A stretch of DNA of 64,000 nt, from positions 25,358,001-25,422,000 of the forward strand of contig NC_043002.1 in the NCBI RefSeq assembly GCF_006345805.1, given 5' to 3'. This DNA is from Octopus sinensis. Its lineage: Eukaryota. Below, in pieces: positions 39,130 to 52,000 of this stretch (its first letter is position 1; each line of letters begins with the position of its first letter). The translations under genes were made by a program, and so were the position numbers. The notes beneath the pieces are model-generated. The model did not search any database and was not told the origin of the DNA. It saw only the letters and a list, made by a program, of their open reading frames with translations.

Positions 39130-39420
39130 ACAAGCCTTCCCCTTCACAGCCAGAAAATACTTCAGCCCCTCAACAACTACTAACACTTTACAAAGTTGAA
39201 GTGAGACCCACAATGAGGTACTGTTCTAGATAGTGCTGCTACTACACATTCAGAGATCTTAGACTGTTCTCCACCCCCACCAAAATATAAAGCTACTCAA
39301 CTGATTGGCATCAAGTTACAATCTCTGGGCTACAGATGTCTCCTCACTTTGCTGCCACTACTGCAGTGGCTCTACAGAAATGGCTACAGTGTGCCAACCT
39401 TACTGAGGCTTTGATTTCAT
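39130..39420 (+). mobile_element. CR1/Jockey-like LINE RT fragment
   Basis: ARKYFSP.QLLTLYKVEVRPTMRYCS...KATQLIG..LQSL (LYKxxVRPxMEYCS signature). Confidence 0.6.
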
Positions 39421-39559
39421 ATCCAGCTGTCGTTGGTTTTTGTTTTTCATCTCTTTGAGGGCTGTTCAATTAATTACCAATCAAGTACAAAGTTTGATTG
39501 AATCAGCCATATTTATCATTATTTTACATCTACTTTCCACCTTTCATCATACTTATGGC

Positions 39560-40110
39560 ACTGCCTATCAGCCAAGTCTATTGTGAAAAATTGACATGCT
39601 ACCTTTTTTTGGGAAAGAAATACAGCCAGTCTTGGCAGTCGCAAAAGAAGTAGTGTGGTGAACTTTTCTGAAAGGTTTAAAGGCAGGCATTTTCTTGTTT
39701 ATCCAAGCTCTTATCAACTTCTTTAAGTGTCACTTAAAGAGAAAGGTGAGGGTTAAGAAGATGGTACTGCTTTCTTGTGTGTTTAATGAAAGGTGAGTGA
39801 GAGTGGCAACAGATGATGTTGAATGGGTCTACTCAGAGTATGCTTTCCTGAGTAGGAGGAAAGAAACTGGGAGATGGCCTTTTTAATGCCTTGAATGTGG
39901 TAAAATAAGACCTTCATGTGGGATTTTCCCTGAATTATCTTTGGTTTTCTCCACTATTAGGGAATTTTGTTGTTGAAATTTTTGTTTTTATATCTTGTTG
40001 ACTTCTTTTAACTTGTTGTAACCCCCCACTTTTGTATGTTTGTATTTTGTCTTCATATTAGTCTCTATGTCTTGGGTCTTTGTGGCCAATAAAAGAAACT
40101 ATTATTATTT
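39560..40110 (+). mobile_element. Tx1/L1-clade LINE 3' end
   Basis: PVLAVAKEVVW*TFLKGLKAGIFLFIQALINFFKCHLKRKVRV; same family as 37680-38290 in the opposite orientation. Confidence 0.7.
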
Positions 40111-40989
40111 TAAGAAGCCTGTTACTATATGGGCAGTGTTGATGTTATGTACTTTTTTGTCAACAAATTTGCTTGCTTTGCATCTTTCAAACGACATGTA
40201 ATAAGAGATCCCTTACTTGAATAACAGATAAAGGTTAGCAATAGGAATGACATCTGCTGCAAAACAAATGTCTCATTATCATATTGATCTAATCCATGCA
40301 AGCATGGGGAAACTGGCATGGAAATGAACAACTATGTGTGTAAATGTTGGTATTTTGTTTATCACTGTTTTGAGCAAAACTGATGTTTACATTCCATGTT
40401 GACAAAGTGACTTGTCACTTTGTGTTTCCACTGACTTATGGAATCTGAAACCCCTTTACCTGAAAAACGGATGAGGGTTGGTGACAGGAAGAGCATCCAG
40501 CAGTGAAATTCTGCTTCAAAATCAATTTCTATCTGAGCCATACTAAGTATACAAAAATGGGCATTACACGAATAAACAAATGAATAAGTCATTCCAACAG
40601 GCTTCCCCATGGTTTCCCTCTACTCAGTTTCATTTACAAGGGTCGGATTGACCCAAGTCTACCATGACACTTCAGTGGAATCAAACCTGGAATGACATGA
40701 TTGTAAAAGAAAAAGGTATGTGATGTGTACAACTCACACACATACAGACACAAGCACCACACACGCACACACACACATACATAACTACACATATAGGCTG
40801 AGGTAACAGTTAAATACTCAAGATACAGTTTACTTGGTTTGTTTAAGACATTAACCTCTATACTTATCTTTACATAATCTCTATATTTAATGTTAATCAT
40901 CTGAATCTGCTCTATAAAATCCCCTAAATTAATTTTTCCTTCTTAAATTGCCTCAACTTCCTTCCCTTTTGCCTCCTACTCTTGCCCTT

Positions 40990-41385
40990 CCCCTTCTTAA
41001 TCATCACCTCAACATCACCACAACATTACTCCATCAACCCCATCATATACCCCATCAGCTATAAACCATTGCTGCTGTTATCACATTCATTATCAATACC
41101 ACCCTCTTCTACACCTCCTGTTATCTCATTTGTTATTATCACCACTACCACCACTATACTTGCCATTCTCCACCTCACTCATTATCACCACCACCACCGA
41201 CACCACTACTACCACCTCCTTTGCTATCACTACTGCTGTCACCATATTATCACCACCACCACCACCACCACCTTTACTGCTATTTTCACTACCACTATGG
41301 TCACATACATCACCACTATCTTGACTATTAACAAACATTACAACTGCTATCATGATCACCACTGCAGACATCATCATCATCTGTG
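40990..41385. repeat. (CAC/CAT/TAC)-rich low-complexity tract
   Basis: Directly visible; explains the T/H/P-rich ORFs at 40982-41585. Confidence 0.8.
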
Positions 41386-42342
41386 GGAGAGCCTATATGC
41401 ATTGCCTAGGCTGTTTGAAACAGCTGCCAAATTTCTCTAAAATTATAAAAAAGAAGGGAAAAACATTAGATATTATAATCTCCCCATCACAACAACCATT
41501 GCTATCTGAAAAAAAATATGATATTGTTACTTCAGCTGTAGTTGAACAGACATGCCTACATTTTACTTGTCAACAACCCAAGTGACAACATTGCTGTCTC
41601 TCTCAATTTTTCACTCTTAGAAAAGGACAAGGCCAAAAAAAGTTTGATTCTCCATGGCTTACAGCAACTGAACATACCAGATGTTGTTATGAATTAATTG
41701 TTCTCCTCATAGACAACCACTAGTTACCTTGGATTCCCAATTTAACTCTTTGTTCTCTTGGATTTTACATGTTCATTCATCAAGCCTCTGGCAATATATG
41801 GAAAAAGTGAATATAAAACTGATAGTGGTGGTGGCATTGATAGAAGACTTAGGTAAATTATCAACATCTCTGGGTTTGAGGAGCACAGTGGCTAAGGTCT
41901 TAAAGTAGTGTTCAACGAAGTTAGCAGTTCAAATCTCACCACATCTGTTGTTTTATGTTTGGAAATACTATGCAAATCTGCTTTCCCCAGTTTGCTTCAC
42001 AGGTGATTGCTTAACCTTAATTTGGATCTCCAGTTGTAATTATCACCATTTATTACCCCTTTTCCGTACTGGCACGGGTTTGATGGTTTGATAGGCACTG
42101 ACAAACCAGAGTGCTGCATCAGGCTTCAGTGTCTGCTTTGGCATGACTTCTACAGCTGGATGCCCTTCCTAACAGCAACCACTTCACAGAGTGTACTGGG
42201 TGCTTTTTTTTTCATAACAGCAGCACTGATGATGTGACCAAGTACTGAGTGGGTTATAGTTTTGAAGTATTGAGGGATATGAAAATATGATAAAGGGACA
42301 GGAGCAGGCTTGCTAACGAGGTGAATACATGACTCCCCCATC

Positions 42343-42403
<61 letters not shown>

Positions 42404-43329
42404 TAGGGATAGAACAGAAAATGTAGGTGGGTAGGTATGTCTCCAACAATGTACAAATGTACAAAATTTTGGAAAGAATAGATGCAAGCAAAATAAATAC
42501 ATGCATATATATAACACAGACAAGTCCTTGTATTTAAAATTTTATATGTTTTTAATTGGTGAAAAGTCTCTAGTTGGTTAATCAGTGGTTCATTTTATTT
42601 TTGACATTGAGAGGGTCAAGAGAATGTTTGTAACTTGGTCTAAAGTAAATATTAGAAGGGACTTTGAGAAGAACTAGTTTTTCAGAAGACAGTGCTCATA
42701 ACTTTTTACAGGTCCTCTGAGAATGGTGGGATGGAGAAAATTATCCTCAAACTAGATACCTGGCTCAAATGCTTTCAAGAGAGTGAACCCCTCCACTAAA
42801 GGGATTTGAAGATGTCAGGTGGTGGTGTTAAACTGAGCAATAGATTAAGTCTAGTACTCTAGGAGGCCATGGTAGAATTTGAACTCAGAATGCAAAGTGC
42901 TAGAACAAATACGACAAGAAACCAGGTGCAACATTTCTTTCAGTTCTGTCAATCCATTGCTCTGAATTGGTACTTCTTGATTGACCTCTGAAAGGGTGAA
43001 AAGCAAAGTAGACCTTGGCAGGATTTGAACTTAGAGTACAGAGTCAGAGTAAATACTGCAAATATTCTGTCTGACATGCTTATGACTCTACTAGCTTGCC
43101 ACTTTTATATCCTTTGCTGATACACATTGGACAAAGACATATGCACAAGCATGCTCACATGCAAACACACATGCATGTGATGGGCTTTCAATTAGTTTCC
43201 ATCAACCAAAGTCCTCTTTTAAAGTGTTGGTCCATTGAGGCTTAGGTAGAAGACATTTGTCCAAGGTGACAGGCAGTAGGATCGAACCAGTAACCATGTG
43301 ATTCTAAGATGAACATCTTAACCTCATTG

Positions 43330-43445
43330 CTTTGCATGCACTCATAGCTATGCTTGCATTCATAGCCATGCCTGCTCAAATGACCATGCTTTGTGTTCAT
43401 AGCCATGCTTGTGTTCATAGTCATGCTTGCATTCATTGCCATGCA
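43330..43445. repeat. Degenerate ~18-bp minisatellite (catagccatgcttg..tt)
   Basis: About six imperfect units inside a SINE-like element. Confidence 0.7.
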
Positions 43446-43894
43446 GCGTTCATTGTTATACTTGTGTCCATATTCACTTGGATATACATACGCATACATC
43501 TTCTGCATGGTTTTGATTCAGTGTAACAAAGAATACAAACACATGGTATTGTTTTCGATTATGAAGACAAACGAATTAGCCACCAGATTATCAATTACCA
43601 ATATTGATTATCTGTATTAATTGTAACACATTTTGTTTAATAATGAGTACATAAACAAAGGACTGCAAGGGAATTCACAGGAGAGACATTATACAATCTT
43701 TGAAATACATTAATAAATGAATCTTTACACTATCTGGTTGGAGACCTTGTTTTTTATTTTTATTTTTATTAATTTTCTCTTTCTTTCTTGTATCCAGCAG
43801 TTGGGAACAGGTTTAGAGAAATTCTGACTGGTGCATACAACTGTGTGTGTGGGTGTGTGTCTCGGTCATTCAAAATGTGACTGTGTGTGTACTG

Positions 43895-43899
43895 TTGTC

Positions 43900-43931
<32 letters not shown>

Positions 43932-44094
43932 CTCCTCCATCATCCCTTCTTTGGATCTTTCCTTTTCCTATGTTTTTGACGAAGAGCTCCGCTCGAAACG
44001 TTAAACACTCCTTCTTTCCTGAGTGTCCAATAATACTATACTTGTTCCATGTCCTCACGTTGTTGTGTTTTCTCTTTGTGTTTTCATGTTTGGA

Positions 44095-44100
<6 letters not shown>
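43895..44100 (+). mobile_element. Short PLE-derived element with a minimal hammerhead core, copy 2
   Basis: cgat(T)n ... tgtttTTGACGAagagctccgctcGAAAcgttaaaca ... ttctttcctgagtgtc..taatact. Confidence 0.65.
43971..44007 (+). ncRNA. Candidate minimal type I hammerhead ribozyme (C3U variant)
   Basis: Helix I UGUUU/AAACA; UUGACGA; helix II GAGC-UCC-GCUC; GAAA; palindromic AACGUU helix III; predicted cleavage after 44002. Confidence 0.55.
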
Positions 44101-44142
<42 letters not shown>

Positions 44143-44379
44143 TTAGATACCTGTAGCATGGATGGCAACTGGAAATTTCTATGAAATATCCTACTTAGGG
44201 CTATAGATCTGACATATGACGGGGCAAAGTTCCAGTTAAGTTGAGGATAACATGGTGGTAGAATGGCATGCTTGATAGGACAGTAAAGGCTGAGAGACAG
44301 GCTTGGAAAACCTAGAAGGAAGCAAGTAGTAGGGAACATTATCAAATTGAAGAACAGCTAAGCAACAGGTATACTTTGC

Positions 44380-44905
44380 TGTGAGTGAGGTAGAAATGAA
44401 GAGATTTGTACATGTTTTACAATGTGAGAATCAAAGGTATGAAGTGTTTAAGATTTTGAAACAGTATGTGAAAGAGAATCAAAATGTCATTGGTGAGAAG
44501 TGTTTTTTGGAAAGAGATACTTGCCATTGATATGGAAAACATGAAAGTGGCATAGAAGTGCTATTGTGAGAGAATGTTGAGCTTGAAGAATAAATGGGAT
44601 ATAGAAGGTTTGTCTCATACTGATCTATATAGAGAGACCTGCAATTCAAGTTGACAGCAGTGTGGTCGATAAAGTGTTTCAAGGCCATGGAGAGAGGGAA
44701 AGCTGTTTTCATGAAGGATAGTTGCAGGAATACTCAAAATATCTGGCGAGGTAGGATGCATGATATACCTCCTGATAATTAATCAAGTTGTGCAGGAAGG
44801 TGTCATACCCAATGACAAGTTTTAGCAGTGTCATTGTAAACTGTTACAAAAGCAAAAGAGATGCCTTAGAGAGATGAAACTATAGAGGAATCCAACTAAT
44901 TTCTT
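44380..44905 (+). mobile_element. Decayed RTE-clade LINE ORF2 fragment (start of the RT domain)
   Basis: IINQVVQEGVIPND..SSVIVNCYKSKRDALER*NYRGIQL resembles the IPxDW..IVxxYKGKGD...NYRGIxL RTE signature. Confidence 0.7.
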
Positions 44906-45291
44906 TCAACTCTTCACTTACCTGTGTTTATTTATTTATTTATTTATTCAGTTGTTTGTTTATTTAATGTCCATTACCATTTTTATAATTACATCATCAT
45001 TACCATTTTAATGTTCTGTCTTTCCCTACATGCAGAGGTCAGATGATGACCTTGTTGAAGGAGATATTTCTATGGCAGGACACTCTGTTGCCATCCCTCA
45101 TCTGTTTCCAGGCAAGGTAATATTTCCTCCAGTCAAACGAACAATAAACCTGGAATGCTTTCATGGATACTGTTTCTGTGCACTCAGGCACATACTCAAG
45201 TACACTCACATATATACATTCATTCTCTCTCTCTCTCTCTCACACACTCACACACACACACACACACACACACAACACACACACACACACA

Positions 45292-45322
<31 letters not shown>

Positions 45323-46586
45323 CAGTGGGGTTCTTCTAGTTTCTGTCTACTATGTTTCATTTGTAAGGCATCGATCAACTCTTGACTATTGTAGAACTCC
45401 TCAGTCAACAATCTCCTAGCAGTGGGAATGAACCCTCAGCTATGCTGTTCCCAAAGTGAATCCCTTAACCACATGGCTATACTTAACCTATATAATATAT
45501 AAACATAAAAAGATTAAGTAAAATTAAGTTGATTAGGCTTTTATATAAAGTGTTCAAATAGAATATTGTGTTTGCTTAATTAATTAACAATGATGTAGTG
45601 AGTGATAGTGAGAAATTACTGTAATTATTAATTCCTATGATTAGCTGCCAGAGCTTATCAGTCATCAAATTTGGTAATGAATGTTGATTGGTGAGTTTGT
45701 TGAATTTTGTTTTAGTGTTGCCGTTAAAGAACATGTTGTTGTCAGCTCTAGGTTTGCTCTGATTGGCCAGGTTTATAACCAAAGATGTACTAATTCTATC
45801 TTATTTCCAGACGTCTTGGACTTGATTCTCCAATGTATTCTATTTTGAAGACAGTAGCATATGATTTAAGAGAGATTTTGATACTGTTTTTGGCAAGTTG
45901 AGCAGCTATATTGAGGTTTCCTGTGCTAGCTTGTGTTAAACAAGTAACAGAGGTTTACAAGGCACTGAAATTGATTGCTCATTGGCCTTGACCACCCTAT
46001 CTGTCTTTTTGTTTTTTTTTGTGTAGGTATTTTAGGAAGTGACCTATATTATATACAACAGGTCTTTACTTATGATTGAGAGGTGTGATGTGAAATAAGT
46101 ATACTGTTTTTACATGTTGCAATGAAAAGAACTGGTGTTGGGAAGGACACTCATTCATAAAACACTGCCTTAAAAAGTCCTGTCCAGCCCGCACCTGCAG
46201 GAAAAAGCAAATTTTAAAACATTGACAATGATAGCAGGATGTAATTTGAGTAAGAGATGGGTTCTATTCCTATCAGATTGAGTGACTATATAGAGGATCA
46301 CTGATTACCTTGTGTAACAGAAGTTATACAGTTTAGCATGAAATTGTTGTATTTTGGAACAGAAGAACAAGCAGTAAACAAATTTAATTTTGTATAGGTG
46401 TAAGCATGGGTATGCTGATACGGAGTTTGTTTTGTTACTATGTGGTTTGGAGATCTAGCTCACTGTGTGGCACCTTGGACCAGTGTTTTCTACTGTGATA
46501 TTGGATCTTGTAACATTAGTAGATGGAAACTGTATGGATGCCTATTGTGTGTGTGTGTGTGTATACATATATATACATATATATAT

Positions 46587-46961
46587 CCTTTTATTTGTTT
46601 CAGTCATTTGACTGCAGCCATGCTGGAGCATCGCCTTTAGTCAAACAAATTGACCCCAGGACTTAGTCTTTGTAAGCCTAGTACTTATTCTATCGATCTC
46701 TTTTGCCGAACCACTAAGTTACAGGGACGTAAACACACTGACATCAGTTTGTGTGTGTGTGTGTGGGGGGGGACAGACATATAAACACACACACACACGT
46801 GACAGGCTTCTTTCAGTTTCTGTCTACCAAATCCACTCACAAGCTTTGGTTGGCTCGAGGTTATAGTGGAAGACACTTGCCCAAGGTGCCACGCAGTGGG
46901 ACTGAACCTGGAACCATGTGGTTGAGAAGTAAGCTACTTACCACACAGCCATTCCTGCACC
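46587..46961 (-). mobile_element. tRNA-derived SINE, family A
   Basis: Near-full match by eye to 59159-59568. Confidence 0.85.
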
Positions 46962-47198
46962 TATATATATTACATATATGGTGCAAAACTACTCAGCCTA
47001 TATATATTATACATATGGTGCAAAACTAAACAAAAATATGAAGACAATAATAAAAAAATCAAATGTAGTGTAAGTGTATAAGATTTACTCTCAAGAAAAA
47101 TAGAAAAAAAAGTATTTTATGTTTTGAGCATATGCTCATCTATAGAAAGAACAAATGTATCTCAATTAGACAGTCACCACCTACTGAAATCCTCAGCG

Positions 47199-48035
47199 TC
47201 ATCATCATTATTTAATGTCCATTGTCCATGCTGACATGGGCTGGAAGGCTGTGCCAGGATCCAGTCTGATTTGGCATGGTTTTCTAACACCAACCACTGA
47301 GAGTGTAATGGGTGCTTTTACATGCCTCTGGCATAGGTGCCATTTGTGTGAGACTGCTATCTACTATGTCTGCAATTTTGCTCGGCTTGATAGGTCTTCT
47401 TCTCAAGTACAACATAATGCCAAAGATTGTGGTCATTGCCTCCCTGAAACCCAACACTCAAAAGGAGCTCGGCCACCTTGCCTCCATGATGCCCAATGCT
47501 TGAAAGGAACTCAGCCATCTTGCTTCCATGAGGCCTGCTCAAAAGGAACTCAGCCACCTTACCTCTGTGAGGCCCAACGCCCGAAAGGAACTCAGCCACT
47601 TTGCCTCCATCAAGCCCAATGTTCAAAAGTTGATTTTTTTTTTTACATGCCAGTAGCATGGGTGTACTTAGCTTGACAGGTCCTCTTCAGCAGAGCACAT
47701 CGCCAAAGGTCTCGGTCACTAGACATTGCCTCTGTGAAGTTCAAAGTTTGAAGGTCATGCTTCACCACCTCGTCCCATGTCTTCATGGGTCTACCTCTAC
47801 CACAGGTTCCTTCCACAGTTAGAGATCGGCCCTTCTTTACACAAATGTCCTCATCCATATGCATCACATGACCATACCAGTGCAGTCGTCTCTCTTGTAC
47901 ACCACATCTGATTCCTCTTATGCCTAACTTTTTTCTCAAGAAGCTTACACTCTGTCGAATATGCACACTGACATTGCACATCCAGCGAAGCATACTGGCA
48001 TCATTTCTCTCAAGCCTATCCATGTCCTCAGCTGT

Positions 48036-48037
<2 letters not shown>
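47199..48037 (-). mobile_element. 5'-truncated RTE-clade LINE (ORF2 C-terminus, 3' UTR with ~42-bp repeats, GAT tail)
   Basis: ORF 47643..48086 contains RLERNDASMLRWMC...RRLHWYGHV...GTCGRGRPMKTWDEVVKHDL; (cat)n at 47199. Confidence 0.9.
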
Positions 48038-48067
<30 letters not shown>

Positions 48068-48942
48068 TGCTTGTGTGTGTGTACATATGTCAACATCATT
48101 ATCATTTAACATCCATTTTTCAAGCTGGCACAGGTCAGGGTTCTTTTTGAATGTTTGTATTTCATGACTTTACATGAAAACGCATTGAGCAAAAACAGTA
48201 ATGTTTGTTGACAAACCCTGCCAAATCACCTTGTGGGCTCTATTATGTTCAAAGATGAGTGGAATGAAGTATCAATTGCTTGAAAAACAGTTAAGGGTTG
48301 GCAACAGGAAGGGCATCTGGCTCTTAAACAATTTGCATTTTTCTGATTTAAAATAGCATGAAAAAAACGGGATGTAAAATGATCAAATATTTTTTTTTTT
48401 TTTTAATTGACCAAGAGTACCACATGAAACTGAAGTGATTATGGTGATGATGATATTGATAATGGCACGTAGATATTCACACTTGCATGTGTCAAACACC
48501 CATGGTGAATCCATGTTTAATAAACACTTTTTACATTTGTTTGTTTATTTACATTCACCCCTCCCCCCCCACCTCCACTGCCTGCATGGATTAGACGAAG
48601 AATTATCTGAGATAGAATTTAACACTCTAAAGTGGTTTGCATTAAGGAGGGCATCCATCTGTAAAAATCATGCCAAAGCTGACAATGGAACTTGATACAG
48701 CCCTTGGGGTTCACCAAATCCTTTCAAACTATCCAACCTATGAATGTTAAATGATGATAATAATGATGATGCTCTTCTTGTTGCCAACCTTTGCCCATTT
48801 TTCAAGTAAGATATTAATTATTCCAGAGGTCTTTGAAAGCTCATATCAATTACTTGTAAATTCAACAAGGACTATTGGTATCGTCACCATTTTACTCAAA
48901 TGGTAGTAAGCATGGAATGTCAACATTTGTGTGTGTGTGTGT

Positions 48943-49006
<64 letters not shown>

Positions 49007-52000
49007 GGCTTCCTGCAGTTTCTGGCTGCCAAATTCATTCACAAGACAGTAGTTGGCTTAGGTGTTGTGGGACAGAATCCCAAAGCCATATGGTTGAGAA
49101 GTGAACTTCTTAACTACACAGCCATACCTGTGCCTATCCATCCATGCCTGTGCTTTTATCATCATTATATATATATTATTATATTATATTGGCAAATATT
49201 CACAGTTACAGTCATTGATTCCAGAGATGAAGAGAACTGCTGCACATATTTAATAAATATCTTTTTATTATCGTTACCCACACATACATCCCCTTCACAC
49301 ACACACACACACACCTTGGTATTTGTATTTATTCAGAAAAAACTGATTGATACAGAATATATAATTGCTTCATTAACCAGTGCTCCATTGATGATGATAC
49401 ATCATCAACACATTCATCTTCTTTTATGAATACGCTTGTAATTAAAACATTATTCCTATGAAGTATCTTAGAGGATTGGTATACACTGTGCTATTGAAGT
49501 TGTCATAGAAATAACTTAGTGGTCTCAATGGCTATGTGTTTGATGTTGGAATGATAACTAAAGAATTTACCATTTCAGTTCTCAATATATTCTTTGTGGG
49601 TTTGACAGCTCAATTGTAATAGTTGTAATGAGAAATGATAACTATTTTACATGAATAAATTGCTATTACTTCTAGTTATTTCCTCTTAAACAAGAGCTTA
49701 AGAAATCTGGGAGTTTAGTGAGAAAGCTTATAGTTGTACTATTTTATACAAGGGCTTTGACTGGCAAGTTGCATTCAGACCTTTAGTGCGGCAGATGTAA
49801 TGTTGTGATTGCATAAACACATAATGTGATAGTACATAGTCTTAGGTATTGGGCTCATGATCATAATGTTGTTGGTTCAATCCCTGGGATCAAGTGGCAC
49901 AGTGTGCCCTTGAGCAAGAGACTTCATTTCACATTGCTCTAGTTCACTCAGTTGAAAATGAGTATGACAACAGTTAGGTGTTAACCTTGACCTCAGTTTG
50001 ATTCTTGATGATGATATAAATATGGTTGTTTCATAACATAATCTTTAAATCTGACTCCTTAACTTTAACAATTTTGTTTCTTTCTCTCTATCATTTGTTC
50101 ATACTTTTTCTGAGTCAAGGTTTCATCATACTTGGTGGTTTCTGAATTCTCCACCGATGAAAATAGATACATCATTTCTTAAATTATTATTTTAGTTGGT
50201 ACAGCTTGATTTGTGATAAGTTGTACTGCTAGAAAAATGCTGCTCTACAGTGTACATTAACAGGAATTACATCTGCACTAGATTTTGAACAGTTCAGTTT
50301 CTGATTGTCATCAGATAGCTTATTCTTAAGCTTTATATATTAGCTTATTCTTAGCTATATAGAAAAGTCTCAGACAGAATCCAAACAAATAAGCTTTAAA
50401 TATTAGCTTCTTCATTCATAGCTATTTACATGGTCCCAAATAGGATTCAAACAAGTAAGCTATATATATAAACTTGTACTTAGCGATGTACATGGTCCTA
50501 GATGGAATTGAAACTTATAAGCTTTATGTATGAAGTAAAGGTGATAAGGGTTTCAATGACTGAGCATTTGAACTATCTGATCATTGAATTAATGTGTTGT
50601 GGTTTGAGTATTCCACATACAGACATGCGTATTCTTAATGTAATTCTTTGGTAAAACCAGCATGACACTGTGTGGTGACAAGGCTGCACCTTTAAATTGC
50701 TGCTCGTACAATCTTTCCAACATGTTTCCACACAGTTTCAGTCTATTCAATTTCACTCGCAGGAATGAGTTGACTTACAGTTATGGTAAAAGGAATTCAT
50801 GATGGTGATGCAAAGTTCTTAACCATTCAGCCTTGCTAAGAGTATAAGAGTAATGATAAGCATAAGCAGTTATCCATTTGTAGAAACTCTAAAGATAGCA
50901 CAGAAATCATAATCTGAATAGCAATAACTCACCTCTGATGTTAAGGCATTTAATAAATGTAATGAATATTTTGTGCAGTACATGGACTTCATTTGATGTG
51001 TATTCTTAATGCTAGCTGTTCTTTCTAACACACTAAAATCATGGCTGTTCTTCCTCAATCTGCCAGAGATGTCACTGTATCTTTTGTGAGTACACAGCAT
51101 TGATTGTTTTCCCATGCTATTCCTACACTCTGAGCAAGGACACTTCTCAGATGGGGTTGGGATTTTTGTGCTATACTTAGGTTGAGTGAATTAATTATAG
51201 CCCCTGCCCCATATCAAAATAAAGGTTCTTGTGCTTGCCAAATAAATCAATGTCAAGCTTAGTGAAAATACTTTTTTTTTTTAAATGAGGAGAGTTCTCA
51301 CAATTCCGGCTAAAGGTCATATGAGTGTGTTTTTAATTATCATTTAATTCCTTCTGAACTGTGAACCCTTGGAAAGACTACTCTCTGTACATGTGCACAC
51401 ACCCAAACACTCACCCACCTGTGCATACATACACACACACAACACAATACATACACATGTATTCACATCACAATACACATATATAGACAGGCATGAGAGA
51501 GAGAAAGAGAGAGAGAACTGAGAGAGAGTTTTGATATTTGTTTAGAAAAAGATGCTTATACAGGCATGGATGTGATTTGTAAAATATCTTGTGGCTGAAT
51601 ATAAATATATGTGTATATATGAGATGTGTGTGTGTGCGTGTGTGCGTGTGTGTGTATTATTAATATGTTTATACCTACACTATAGACATATACACAAATA
51701 ATATATATGTCTGTATGTCTGTGAGTGAATATATGTATATACTTCTATGTATAAAATCATACAGCACTTACTGGTATTTCCAGTATTGGCATGGATTAAA
51801 TAGTTTGACAGGATCCAGTTGGAACACCCTTGTCATGCTCCAAAGCCTGATGTGGCATGGTTTCTTTAGTTAGATGTCCTTCCTTATGCCAACCATTTTA
51901 TAGTGTACTGGGTGCTTTTTTCCATGGCACCAGCACTAGTGAGGTTACCTTGCAACTTGTAAGACTAAAGGGACACTTACACCTGAAAGAGAACAGGAGA

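Noticed and set aside
48875-49429. 184-aa ORF
   Set aside because: (CA)n and SINE-derived; no recognisable domain.
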